From an uncultured candidate division Zixibacteria bacterium (lineage in GTDB: Bacteria; Zixibacteria; MSB-5A5; UBA10806; 4484-95), in NCBI GenBank assembly GCA_963668625.2, contig CAXXKA010000008.1, positions 64,001 through 128,000 on the forward strand: a DNA stretch of 64,000 nt, written 5' to 3'. Of this stretch, positions 28,802-38,706 are shown piece after piece. The number at the start of each line of letters is the position of its first letter. The stretch's first letter is position 1. A program made the translations under genes and the position numbers. The notes under the pieces were generated by a model. It was not told where the DNA came from, searched no databases, and saw only the letters and a list, made by a program, of their open reading frames with translations.

Positions 28802-30651
28802 TTGAGCCCCCTGTCAAGCTCGGAAAGTAGCTGTTCGGCTTTATCATAATTTTGTTGCATCTCGGCTTGATCCGGTTTTATCGGCGAGAACCTGCCGGCA
28901 TCACAGCGCTTTAAGAACTCCTCGAAATCATCTCTGATATTTTCGCATTTGCCGGTTCGTTTCAGATGGTCGATTATCTGCAGGTTGGTCATACCGGCGG
29001 CGCTGATATTCAGTTTGTCGGAAATAAACCCGACGATGCCGTTATAGATATTACCATAAAATTTCTCCGGCGAATCGAAACCGTCGCGCGCCTCGCTTAA
29101 AGCTTTCTTGGCCGCTTTGGTAGCCATCAGACGGCGGGCATAAGCGGAATCACCCTCGAGCCGTTTGCGATAATTCACGTAAACGGTCAACCCGACTATC
29201 CAGAAAACGGGTAACAGCTGTAAAATCCACACCCAGGGAAGCTGGTACAAAGCTTTGCCGGTTTTGTTATCGGTCAAATCGGTGATAATATAGTTCAAGC
29301 TTTTTCTGGCGGCGGGTATAACATTAACAGGCATATCGCCGGGATTCATCGAGGAGATAGAGGTGGGTTTGACTCTCACCTGACCCGGTGTTTTAAATGC
29401 TGATTTGTATCTTTTCGACCAGGGATCGAAATACGAGAATTTCAATTCCGGCAGCATATACTCCCCGGCCGTCGTCGGAATCAACACCCATTCGTACGAT
29501 TTAGAACCCGAAACTTTAAAGCCCTGCTTGGAGATACTTTCATTGGCGCCGGAATCATATAAACGGAAATTATCCAGTTCGGGTATCTCTATCGCCGGCA
29601 GTTTTTTGATATTGCCATTACCGGAGATAACCGCTTTCAAGGCGATAGGCTGATCGATCTCTACAGTGTCTTTATCCACGAAGACCCGGAAATTATACGT
29701 GCCGACAGCGCCGGTGAAACTTTCGGGTTTACCATTTTCAGGCAGCTCTTTCACGTTTATAGTGATACCTTTCGTGGTAAGGTTTTTCTCGGCCAGAGAT
29801 TGCCTGGTACGCCGACGATTGAAAAAATCGAACGGATCGCGCCAGGCCTGCGGCGGTATACTCATCGTGGTCGGTTCGATACGTAACTTGCCGGCGACTG
29901 TCGGGAACAGGGCTTTTCTTATCTCGGTAACGCGATAAGCCCGTCCGCCTACTCGTTTATTTTCGGTTTTGTTCGGCGGTAAATCCTCCACCCAGAAACC
30001 GTTAAATGAAGGCCATTTGAGCGTGGGTTGTTCGTACAAATTTTCCGCTTGATAGAATTTGAATATCAGGGTTATTTGCTGGCCTACATAAGGACGGGAA
30101 TTATCCACGACCTGCTCGATGAAGAAGTCATCGGCTTTTTGTGCTTGATTGCTCTGCTGATTACTCCCGGGCGCACTTCGCCGGGATGGTGTTTGCTGAT
30201 TTTGTTGAGGTGGTTGCTGTCCGGGAAGCGAGCCTACCGCAATCTTTATCGGATCGGTGGTATATACCTTGCCTTTATGCTCGACTGTCACCGGATTTAT
30301 AGTGAACGAGCCGGTTTTGCGGGGCACGAGTATGTACGTATAATCTGTTTTATAACTGATCGAACCCGGAACGATGGATATATTGGAGCTGGTACCAGAG
30401 GAGTAAATATCGAAATCGGAGAGATCCGGCAATAAAGGCTTATCGATAGAGCGCACCGGCCCGGATACCGAGATAGTCAGCTCGATCGACTCGCCCAATC
30501 CGACATTGTTTTTATCGACACTTGCTGAAAGCTCTATATCCTGCGCCAGGGCGATACCGCATAAAGCGAGTACCAGTAACGCGCTACCAATCGCGACGAG
30601 TTTGCTGCGGTACTTTATATTTTTTAAGTTGTTCTTGTACGTTTTTTTCAT
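28798..30651 (-). CDS. batD: BatD family protein
   Basis: ASVDKNNV..GE, PYVGQQI, FTGAVG, GNGNIK motifs; start moved to ATG 30651 because the upstream extension is off-frame batC repeat. Confidence 0.85.
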   Translation of the reverse strand: MKKTYKNNLKNIKYRSKLVAIGSALLVLALCGIALAQDIELSASVDKNNVGLGESIELTISVSGPVRSIDKPLLPDLSDFDIYSSGTSSNISIVPGSISYKTDYTYILVPRKTGSFTINPVTVEHKGKVYTTDPIKIAVGSLPGQQPPQQNQQTPSRRSAPGSNQQSNQAQKADDFFIEQVVDNSRPYVGQQITLIFKFYQAENLYEQPTLKWPSFNGFWVEDLPPNKTENKRVGGRAYRVTEIRKALFPTVAGKLRIEPTTMSIPPQAWRDPFDFFNRRRTRQSLAEKNLTTKGITINVKELPENGKPESFTGAVGTYNFRVFVDKDTVEIDQPIALKAVISGNGNIKKLPAIEIPELDNFRLYDSGANESISKQGFKVSGSKSYEWVLIPTTAGEYMLPELKFSYFDPWSKRYKSAFKTPGQVRVKPTSISSMNPGDMPVNVIPAARKSLNYIITDLTDNKTGKALYQLPWVWILQLLPVFWIVGLTVYVNYRKRLEGDSAYARRLMATKAAKKALSEARDGFDSPEKFYGNIYNGIVGFISDKLNISAAGMTNLQIIDHLKRTGKCENIRDDFEEFLKRCDAGRFSPIKPDQAEMQQNYDKAEQLLSELDRGLK

Positions 30652-31348
30652 CCTGTTTAAAAGCATCCAGAAGAGCTTTAGCCTCCTCCTCGGACATCTC
30701 ACCTTTTTTAGGTTTCGGTTTCTGCTGTTGATCTTCCTGCTTTTGCTGATCCTGCTGCTGTTGTTGCTCGTCCTGTTTCTGCTGATCGTCTTTATTTTGT
30801 TGTTGCTGTTGATCCTGGTCCTGTTGTTGCTGGTCCTGCTGATCCTGGTTCTGTTGATCTTTTTGATCCTGCTGATCCTGTTGGTCTTGCTGATCCTGGT
30901 TCTGCTGCTGTTGTTGCTGCTGCTGTTCTTCGAGTTTCTTCTGTGCCAGCTCGTAATTGAATTTAGCATCCTCGTTCGAGGGGTCAAGCATTAACGAGCT
31001 TTTAAAAGCATTAATCGCATTATTATAATCCTGCGCCTCGAATAGCGAATTCCCGAGATTGTAATACGATTCGCTCTGTAATTTACCATCGGTCAGGGAT
31101 GTTGTCTGAAGGAATTTCTCGGCTGCTTTTGCATAGTCACCGCTTTTATAAAACGAGGCGCCGGTATTGAATGAGGCTGTCGGATCCTCGGGTTTTAGCA
31201 CCTCCGCCTGACGGTAATTTTCGACCGCCTCGGAGAATTTTTCCTCCTTGTATTGATCCTCGCCCTTATTCATGTACTTTCGGTAATCATCCCCGAAAGT
31301 TACGGAGCTTATGAAAAGTATTAAAAGCGCTACAGTGTATTTATTCAT
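30584..31348 (-). CDS. batC: BatC-like TPR protein with Gln-rich linker
   Basis: TPRs (YYNLGNSLF, DAKFNYELA), poly-Q/D region, MSEEEAKALLDA..QDE and terminal RDW. Confidence 0.9.
   Translation of the reverse strand: MNKYTVALLILFISSVTFGDDYRKYMNKGEDQYKEEKFSEAVENYRQAEVLKPEDPTASFNTGASFYKSGDYAKAAEKFLQTTSLTDGKLQSESYYNLGNSLFEAQDYNNAINAFKSSLMLDPSNEDAKFNYELAQKKLEEQQQQQQQQNQDQQDQQDQQDQKDQQNQDQQDQQQQDQDQQQQQNKDDQQKQDEQQQQQDQQKQEDQQQKPKPKKGEMSEEEAKALLDAFKQDEKNVQEQLKKYKVPQQTRRDW
30720..30935 (-). repeat. Low-complexity CAG/CAA/GAT repeat encoding the BatC Q/D linker
   Basis: Runs of ctgctg/ttgttg/atcctg in the sequence. Confidence 0.85.
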
Positions 31349-32342
31349 TTTCCCTGCGCTCCCCGATAAACAACGCCATACCGATCAGTAAAATTCCCGG
31401 AATGAGGAAATACTGAAATTTCTCCTCATATATACGACGGTAATTGCCTTCTGTCTCACCTTTTTCCATGCGTTTTATTTTCTCTATGATAGTCTGCAAC
31501 TCGCGTTCGCCCGGCGTAGCCCTGTAATAAGCGCCATCGGCTGCATCCGCGATATCGCGCAATAACGGCTCGTTCAGTTTGGAGATAACTGTCTGGCCGT
31601 TGGGATCTTTCTTGTAGCCCTCGATAGTGCCGTCGATATCCCGCGCCGGGATGGGTTCTCCCTGGGCGGTGCCAACTCCGACCGTAAATATCCTGAACTT
31701 ATCCTCGTACTTCTCGGCTGCGGCCACGGCATCGCCATCCTGCGATTCACCATCGGTGAATATCACCAGCACCTTATCGGCGTTGGTTACCTCGGTGAAA
31801 CTTCCGGCGGCTTTCTCGATCGCCCGCTCGAGGTTGGTACCGGTATCGGAAATTATCCCCACTTTGGCAACATCGAGAGACATGCGAAAAGCGCTGTGAT
31901 CGACAGTTAACGGGCTTTGGATGACCGGCACTCCGGAGAACAGAATCAAGCCGATGCTCTCGCCGGCGAGGTTGGAAACCAGGCTGATAATTTCACGCTT
32001 GGCTTTCTCGAATCGATTCGGGTAAAAATCCGAGGCCAGCATCGAAAGCGAGGCATCCAGCGCGATTACCACCTCGGTACCGGTGGATTTTATCTTGATG
32101 AGTTCTGAGCCGTACTGCGGACGAGCCAACGCGAATATCATCAGGGTAATACCAATCACGGTCAATACTTGTTTCAACCGCCGCCTTCTTCCCGATACGC
32201 TTCTGGCGGCAATCCTGGCTATTTGCGCTCCGCCCAGTTTGGCCAGGCGCTCTTTTATCATGCTCGAGCCGATTATGAATATCAACACGATAACCGGTAT
32301 CGAAAGCAGAAAATAAAGCATGTTCTCATTAAGGAATCTCAT
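31341..32342 (-). CDS. batB: BatB-like vWA protein
   Basis: ALARPQ, DASLSM MIDAS, PLT.D, TDGE motifs. Confidence 0.9.
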   Translation of the reverse strand: MRFLNENMLYFLLSIPVIVLIFIIGSSMIKERLAKLGGAQIARIAARSVSGRRRRLKQVLTVIGITLMIFALARPQYGSELIKIKSTGTEVVIALDASLSMLASDFYPNRFEKAKREIISLVSNLAGESIGLILFSGVPVIQSPLTVDHSAFRMSLDVAKVGIISDTGTNLERAIEKAAGSFTEVTNADKVLVIFTDGESQDGDAVAAAEKYEDKFRIFTVGVGTAQGEPIPARDIDGTIEGYKKDPNGQTVISKLNEPLLRDIADAADGAYYRATPGERELQTIIEKIKRMEKGETEGNYRRIYEEKFQYFLIPGILLIGMALFIGERRENE

Positions 32343-33331
32343 GGCGCGCTCCTTATTACCGTACTACCTAAAACCAGGGCCAGCCCGATCAAGACCAATC
32401 CCCAGCTCAAGAAACCGGTATACATCTCCTCGTACCTGTAATATTCCTTGACCTCTATCTTGGTTTGCTCCATTTCGGAAATCTCATCGTAGATCTCCTG
32501 CAGAGCCTCGCTGTTGGTCGCCCGGAAAAATCTACCGTTAGTGATCCCGGCCACCTCCTGGAGTGTCTCCTCATCGATTTCCGATTTGACCTTACGATAT
32601 TGCTTGCCGAATATCGGGCTGGTGTAGGGATAGTCAACCAGTCCCTGCTTACCCGCGCCGATAGTGTAAACTTTAATCCCCAACGCCGAAATCGCTTTGG
32701 CGGCCGTGATCGGATCTATCTGGCCGGCGTTATTTACGCCATCTGTCAGAAGAACGACTATCTTGCTTTCGGCATCCGATTCCTGCAGATGGTTGCCCGC
32801 TATCGCCAGCGCCAGGCCTATTGCCGTGCCGTCATCCACCATATTGAAATCTACCTCATCGAGATACTCGATCAGCAGTTGATAATCGGTTGTCAGGGGG
32901 CACTGGGTAAACGCCTGACGGGCGAACACGACCAATCCGATTCTGTCACCCTGTCGGCCTTCGATGAAATTACGTATCACGTTTTTGGATACAACCAGGC
33001 GATTATCGGGCTTGAAATCCTCGGACATCATAGAGGTGGATATATCAAGCACCAGCATGATATCGATACCCTCAGTAAATACCTCCTGCTCTCCGTGCCC
33101 GGCCTGCGGTCTGGCGGCCGCGATTATAGTCAAGCACAGGCCGGCGACAGTTAATACCGGCAGCGCACGATAAACCAATATCCTCCAGGTGAGTTTCGAT
33201 TTAGATAGTAACCTGGTATCGGAATAAGCCAGCGTTGAGGGTTTGATAAACTTGAATATGTAGTACATCGCCAGATAACCCAGCGGTATCACCAGAAGAA
33301 ACAACATATATGGTGAGGCGAATCTGCTCAT
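32339..33331 (-). CDS. batA: BatA-like vWA protein
   Basis: AARPQ, GIDIMLVLDISTSM, DRIGLVVF, DGTAIG, LLTDGVNN. Confidence 0.92.
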   Translation of the reverse strand: MSRFASPYMLFLLVIPLGYLAMYYIFKFIKPSTLAYSDTRLLSKSKLTWRILVYRALPVLTVAGLCLTIIAAARPQAGHGEQEVFTEGIDIMLVLDISTSMMSEDFKPDNRLVVSKNVIRNFIEGRQGDRIGLVVFARQAFTQCPLTTDYQLLIEYLDEVDFNMVDDGTAIGLALAIAGNHLQESDAESKIVVLLTDGVNNAGQIDPITAAKAISALGIKVYTIGAGKQGLVDYPYTSPIFGKQYRKVKSEIDEETLQEVAGITNGRFFRATNSEALQEIYDEISEMEQTKIEVKEYYRYEEMYTGFLSWGLVLIGLALVLGSTVIRSAP

Positions 33332-34590
33332 GCGCTCACCTCCTGATTTTTCTCCTCCTCGACTATCTCTCGAGGTTTAGTTTCGACTACGAAATCCTTG
33401 ACCATGCTGAAATCTTTCGGCAAATCATCGGTGTTCGGCTCATGCTTGGCGAACTTTATCATATCAGCCCGGGCTAACATATCGAGAATAACTCGGGTTT
33501 GTTCGCGGGTTATCTCGGGATGTTTCAATATCTTCTTGAGTTCGAATGTAGTCGACTCGGCCGCCGGTATTTCGAACCGGCCATCTATGTATTGACGGAT
33601 GATCTCGGTTAGTTCTATATAGAACTGCTTGAATTTACCCTTACCGGGCAGGTCACGGGAGTCCAGGTCGTTCAAGCGACGGATTGCCACATCGAAAGGC
33701 GGTTCCGGTGGTGTTTCGGGTATCTCGGTTTGCTTTACCCTGTACTTGAAGAAATACCAGTAAGCCGCTGCCAGTAATATCAATACGCCCGCGCTAACCG
33801 CGTATGGCCACCAGATTAACGGTAAGCCTTTCGGCGGTACGATATCGCGGTGATCGAGTGGTTGTTGAAGGGTATCCTGTTGGGCTTTTTCGGGAAGCAC
33901 TGAGACTATCTGGACTGTCTCTATCGGGGCTATTCGCGAGTTCTGATTGCCCTCTTTATCATAATAATAGAACTCGAAATACGGCAGTTCCACCTCGCCT
34001 ATCGTGAAAGCCGCTACCCTGTATTTGTAGATATCGGTTTTCATCCCCCGGCTATCTTTCGATTTTATTTCCGGCTCGCCTTTAACCACGATATCATCGC
34101 TTTCCCTGGTCGAGGGTTTTGTCAGCTCCAGGCTGTCAGGGTAGGTCACGCTGATTGTCACCTCGATATCATCGCCGATTGTGGCGGTATCGGGCTTGAC
34201 CTTAACATCGAACTTGATCGGATCGATCAACTCGATATCGGTAGAGTCAGTCTGCGCCATGGCGGGCAGGCAAAGCACCAGAACCATCAGTAACGTAAAT
34301 AATCCTCTGGCTCCTATCAAACTAACATCATTGCGAGCGACCAAAGGGAACGCAGCGCTCCTGGTTCCAAAAATCCGATTTTGGAATCCCCGTACTTGAG
34401 GAACTTTGTTTCGCCACAGCAATCGTACCATATAGAACAATCCACCCCATAAATCGAAACAGAGTTTCTCCAACACCTGCGTTCCCAAACTCAGTTTGGG
34501 AACGAGATAGCCTATCCCCCCGCTGTCATTGCGAGCGACCGTAGGACGCGTGGCAATCTGAATCTTGGAATTACTGGTACTGCTAATCAT
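33328..34590 (-). CDS. bat-operon hypothetical membrane protein (DUF4381-like) with REP-derived N-terminal extension; start uncertain (34590, 34320 or 34287)
   Basis: IGD.I, TM helix, PP...A...L, K.FY..L..I.R.Y...RF...A.E.TT and ADMIKFAK motifs; first ~90 codons overlap REP hairpins. Confidence 0.8.
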   Translation of the reverse strand: MISSTSNSKIQIATRPTVARNDSGGIGYLVPKLSLGTQVLEKLCFDLWGGLFYMVRLLWRNKVPQVRGFQNRIFGTRSAAFPLVARNDVSLIGARGLFTLLMVLVLCLPAMAQTDSTDIELIDPIKFDVKVKPDTATIGDDIEVTISVTYPDSLELTKPSTRESDDIVVKGEPEIKSKDSRGMKTDIYKYRVAAFTIGEVELPYFEFYYYDKEGNQNSRIAPIETVQIVSVLPEKAQQDTLQQPLDHRDIVPPKGLPLIWWPYAVSAGVLILLAAAYWYFFKYRVKQTEIPETPPEPPFDVAIRRLNDLDSRDLPGKGKFKQFYIELTEIIRQYIDGRFEIPAAESTTFELKKILKHPEITREQTRVILDMLARADMIKFAKHEPNTDDLPKDFSMVKDFVVETKPREIVEEEKNQEVSA

Positions 34591-34691
34591 GTTAACCTCC
34601 GCAGCCGGGTAGAAATCCAGATTACTTCAATCGCTTCGCTCATTCGTAATGACACAATTCCACCGATTCCCAAACTCGAGTTGGGAACCAG
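34328..34691. repeat. REP/REPIN cluster of two families
   Basis: CTGGTTCCAAAAATCCGATTTTGGAATC...CGTTCCCAAACTCAGTTTGGGAACGAG (34361-34506); GTCATTGCGAG..GCAATCTG / CAGATTAC..TCGTAATGAC (34525-34653); partial copies near 34328 and 34665-34691. Confidence 0.85.
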
Positions 34692-34725
34692 ATTAGATAT
34701 CTTAAGCCTCATCATATTCATCATC

Positions 34726-35607
34726 TTAATGTCTTGTCCGTTTGGCTCGTCTCTCGAAAAACCGGTACAGCGGTTCGGTGTAATCGCTGTCGGTGCTTAT
34801 CTCAATCGTATCTATTTTATTGCGACGGAAAAACGTTTTCCGCTCGCCTTTGATTTTCTCGGACTGTACGGCTAAATTGCGGCGGGTATCGGCATCGGAG
34901 AAATCCACCAGCATCTCCTTGCCGCTCTCCAGGTCAACCAGGTTGATTACGCCCGTTTTCGGCAGGCGTCGCTCGAGCTGATCGTAAATATCAACCGCTA
35001 TCAGATCGTGCCGTTTAGCCGCTAAACTCAACGAGCGCTGATAATCGCCATCGAGGAAATCAGAGATCAGGAACATCACCGAGCGTTTCTTTATCACCCT
35101 TAGAAGGTAATCCATCGTGCCGGCGATATCGGTTTTCTTACCCTCGGGTTTGAAATACAGCACCTCGCGTATCAGCCTGAGTACGTGATTCCGTCCCTTT
35201 TTCGGCGGGATGAATTTCTCGGTCTTATCGGTGAAAAGTATCAACCCGACCTTATCGTTGTTTTTGGTGGCCGAAAATGCCAGCACGGCGGCTATCTCGG
35301 CGGCTATCTCGCGGCGCATCCGATCACCCGAGCCGAAATCTCCCGAGGCCGAGAGATCGACCGCCAGCATGACAGTTAGCTCGCGCTCCTCGCGGAAGAT
35401 TTTAACATAGGGATGGTTATACCGGGCGGTCACGTTCCAGTCGATAGTCCGGATATCATCCCCCGGCATATATTCCCGTACTTCGGAGAACTCCATACCC
35501 CGGCCGCGAAATATCGAATGATATTCGCCCGAGAAAACATCGTTAACCAGGCGCGAGGTTTTTATCTCTATACGCCTGATTTTCTTGAATAGCTCTTTAG
35601 TCAACAT
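34726..35607 (-). CDS. DUF58 domain protein
   Basis: GEYHS.FRGRGMEFSEVREY.PGDDIR.IDWNVTAR; ISDF. Confidence 0.93.
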   Translation of the reverse strand: MLTKELFKKIRRIEIKTSRLVNDVFSGEYHSIFRGRGMEFSEVREYMPGDDIRTIDWNVTARYNHPYVKIFREERELTVMLAVDLSASGDFGSGDRMRREIAAEIAAVLAFSATKNNDKVGLILFTDKTEKFIPPKKGRNHVLRLIREVLYFKPEGKKTDIAGTMDYLLRVIKKRSVMFLISDFLDGDYQRSLSLAAKRHDLIAVDIYDQLERRLPKTGVINLVDLESGKEMLVDFSDADTRRNLAVQSEKIKGERKTFFRRNKIDTIEISTDSDYTEPLYRFFERRAKRTRH

Positions 35608-35609
35608 GG

Positions 35610-36590
35610 TTACGGTACTTCGACACCATCAAATATTTTCTGTACGATATCCTCGGATGTCAGCTCCTCAGCCTCCGCCTCGTAGCTCAGTATTACCCTG
35701 TGACGGAGAACATCGGGGCCGATTGACTTGATATCATCGGGGGTGACAAAAGCGCGCCCCTGCAAGAAAGCGTGTGCCCGTCCCGCCATATTAAGGTAGA
35801 TAGTGGCACGAGGGCTGGCTCCGTAAGCGATAAGATCCTTAATATCGAGATTATATTTATCCGGCTCGCGGGAGGCCATTACTATATCGACGATGTAATT
35901 TTTCACTTTCTCATCTATATAGATTTTGTACACCGCCTCGCGGGCTTTTAAAATCTCCTCGGGTGTGATAACCGGCGTAACCGTCGGTATATCCTTAACT
36001 GTCATCCGCTCCTGGATGGCGTACTCCTCATCCCGACCGGGGTAACCGACTTTGAGCTTGAGCATGAAACGATCCACCTGCGCCTCGGGCAGCGGGTAAG
36101 TGCCCTCTTGCTCGATCGGGTTCTGCGTTGCCAGCACCAGAAACGGGTTGGGCAGTGGATATGTCTGCTCGCCGATTGTCACCTGCCGTTCCTGCATCGA
36201 CTCTAACAAGGCCGACTGCACTTTGGCGGGCGCGCGGTTTATCTCATCCGCGAGGATGAAATTGGCGAAAATCGGGCCTTTACGCGGCGTGAATTTGCCC
36301 TCGGAGAAGACCATGGTACCGGTTAAATCGCCCGGCAGAAGGTCGGGGGTAAACTGTATACGTTTGAACTCGGTCTTGACAGCATCCGATAACGTGCGGA
36401 CTGCCAGTGTCTTAGCCAGACCGGGAACGCCCTCGATCAGGATGTGGCCATCGGCTAGAAGCCCGATTAGCAGGCGTTCGATAAGGTAGCTCTGGCCGAC
36501 AATGACTTTCCCGATCTCATCGGTTAAGCGACCGACAAAGGCGGCCTGTTTGTCGATTAGCTGTTGAATTTCCTCTATCTGTGGGTCCAT
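35610..36590 (-). CDS. moxR: MoxR family AAA+ ATPase
   Basis: EGVPGLAKT Walker A, RIQFTPDLLPGD, DEINRAPAKVQSALLE, ATQNPIEQEGTYPLPEAQVDRF. Confidence 0.96.
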   Translation of the reverse strand: MDPQIEEIQQLIDKQAAFVGRLTDEIGKVIVGQSYLIERLLIGLLADGHILIEGVPGLAKTLAVRTLSDAVKTEFKRIQFTPDLLPGDLTGTMVFSEGKFTPRKGPIFANFILADEINRAPAKVQSALLESMQERQVTIGEQTYPLPNPFLVLATQNPIEQEGTYPLPEAQVDRFMLKLKVGYPGRDEEYAIQERMTVKDIPTVTPVITPEEILKAREAVYKIYIDEKVKNYIVDIVMASREPDKYNLDIKDLIAYGASPRATIYLNMAGRAHAFLQGRAFVTPDDIKSIGPDVLRHRVILSYEAEAEELTSEDIVQKIFDGVEVP

Positions 36591-36897
36591 TGCACCTCCG
36601 TGTTTATCATCTTAGGCAGTTTTTTACGCCCCGGGCGAATTTTTGTGCCCGGCGGCGTAATAATGCCATCCGGGAACGAGTTTTAAAGCCGGTTGCTCAT
36701 TTTATTGGAATTTTTACCCAAAAACCCGCCCATGAGTTCCAATACAGGGATGTTAAAATATGTTAAATGGGGGAAGGTGTCAAGGGGGGAGAACGCGGGA
36801 AGTAAATTGCTAGTATCTAAAATGATGTTACCCCCTCAATATTAAATCAACTACCGAAAATCAATGTCCCCGCAAAATAGGGAGATAGAGGGGCTGC

Positions 36898-37085
36898 GGT
36901 AACCCACCAGTAGGGTGGGTAGTCCCGCATGGTTGATGGCTAATGATGTAAACGCACAAAGGTTATAATACTTGACATCAAGGAATAAATATTCTATATA
37001 GAATTTAATATTGTGGCTAGATATGGTGATAAAGGATAAACACGGGTGGTAATTCTTTACCTTCCCACCCTACTGGTGGGTTACC
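36898..37085. mobile_element. Non-autonomous (internally deleted) derivative of the RAYT element
   Basis: GGTAACCCACCAGTAGGGTGGGTA at 36898-36921 and its inverse at 37062-37085; inner flanks resemble those around the RAYT genes. Confidence 0.75.
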
Positions 37086-37122
37086 CGTTGACTGATTTGA
37101 AAATTCTTACTAATAATAAGTT

Positions 37123-37863
37123 ATGTTTAACGCATTTTTAAAAGAGAGCTTTAAATATATTTCATCCATCGTATTAATTGGGGCAATTACTATCTGTTTT
37201 TACGGGTATGCATCGATACACGCATACTTAAAGCAAGTCTCAGTAGCAAGTAATATGGTAGAATTCGACTATATGTACTACTATGTGAATTCAGTTTATT
37301 ATTTAGCCTGTTTAATTCTAATGATGATTTTTTACTCAATCAGATATATAAAGATAGCAAATCATGTTGCAGCAGGAGTTGTAAAAGTATTATCAATACT
37401 AATTACTTACTTTATCCCTGTTGGTTTTTGGTTACTATTCATTAGAGAATTTATTGAATGGGAATGTTTTTGGAGATTATTCTGCTTAGGTTGTATTGTG
37501 ATTATTACTATTATTGATATTTTTCTTAGTGATAAAATTCCTTATCCGGAAATGAATAAGGCAATTGCAAGAATAGTTATATTTATGATTATTATTGGAA
37601 CAGTAGCCAGGATTCATGGAATTGCACGAGGAAATGAAGTGTTAAGAGGGGGAAGTGACATTAATCGGATAAGTTTTAATTTAAAAGAGGATAATACGGA
37701 AATCGATGAAAATAAAGTATTCTTATTAATTACTTATAACAAGGGAAGGTATTTCTTCATTGATGAAAACGGTGAAGAAATAGAAGAGCGCAAATTATAT
37801 GTGCTATCGGAAGATGAAATATTTAATGCAAAAATCACAAAAGGAAAAGCAAATAGTAAATAG
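37123..37863 (+). CDS. AT-rich hypothetical multi-TM membrane protein
   Basis: 246-aa ORF with about 5 TM helices and a soluble C-terminus; composition visibly more AT-rich than flanks. Confidence 0.7.
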   Translation: MFNAFLKESFKYISSIVLIGAITICFYGYASIHAYLKQVSVASNMVEFDYMYYYVNSVYYLACLILMMIFYSIRYIKIANHVAAGVVKVLSILITYFIPVGFWLLFIREFIEWECFWRLFCLGCIVIITIIDIFLSDKIPYPEMNKAIARIVIFMIIIGTVARIHGIARGNEVLRGGSDINRISFNLKEDNTEIDENKVFLLITYNKGRYFFIDENGEEIEERKLYVLSEDEIFNAKITKGKANSK

Positions 37864-37959
37864 ACTTGAAAAACAGGTAACCCACCAGTAGGGTGGGTAA
37901 GCCCGATTTTACCTGACAATAAAATATCAGGCAGTGACATAGAAAAACCTGAAAGCATT

Positions 37960-38487
37960 ATGAAATTAAAGCACTATGATAATCTAAACCAAGCGAGGTT
38001 TATAACTTTCTGCACCCATCAAAGTATGCCGCTTATTACGAATAACAAATACCGGCAGATTGTAATTGATTCTATAAAAGCAGCCAAGAACAAGCTCCAT
38101 TTCAAACTCATAGGCTATGTACTGATGCCGGAACATGTTCATCTGGTAATCCTGCCCGATCAAGGCACCAGAGCCGGGGCGATCATCGGCGAGATCAAAC
38201 AGGTATCATCAAAAAAGATTCACGAAATACTGGATACATCCAAATCGCCGCTTCTTGAAAAGCTGACAGTGCGAAGAAATCATCTGATGCGATTTACATT
38301 CTGGCAACGGCGATGCTATGATCATAACTGCCGGGATGAGGAATCTATGTGGGAGAAAGTGAACTATTGCCATAATAACCCCGTTAAACGGGGGCTGGTA
38401 AAATCGCCTTTGGATTGGCGCTGGAGCAGTTATCGTTATTACAATGGCTATGATGACTATATGCTGGAAATGGATAATATTGGATAA
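37960..38487 (+). CDS. rayT: REP-associated tyrosine transposase (RAYT, Y1 HUH), copy 1
   Basis: FITFCT, YVLMPEHVHL (HUH), FWQRR.YDH..R, YCHNNPVKRGLV..P.DW.WSS; flanked by inverted hairpins 37876-37899 and 38513-38536. Confidence 0.92.
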   Translation: MKLKHYDNLNQARFITFCTHQSMPLITNNKYRQIVIDSIKAAKNKLHFKLIGYVLMPEHVHLVILPDQGTRAGAIIGEIKQVSSKKIHEILDTSKSPLLEKLTVRRNHLMRFTFWQRRCYDHNCRDEESMWEKVNYCHNNPVKRGLVKSPLDWRWSSYRYYNGYDDYMLEMDNIG

Positions 38488-38706
38488 GACAGCAGACTGC
38501 TAATTCTTTGCCCACCCACCCTACTGGTGGGCTACCGCTTGAATCATAAGCGCTTTGCTATAAAAACAAAAAAGCCCCCGCGAATACGGAGGCTTTCAGG
38601 ATTATCTCATATTCTCTAAACAGGTAACCCACCAGTAGGGTGGGTAAGCCCGATTTTACCTGACAATAAAATATCAGGCAGTGACATAGAAAAACCTGAA
38701 AGCATT

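Noticed and set aside
30652-30994. N-terminal 112 aa of the 729-aa BatD ORF and the Leu-rich plus-strand ORF 30506-30994
   Set aside because: Off-frame and antisense readings of the batC Gln/Asp repeat
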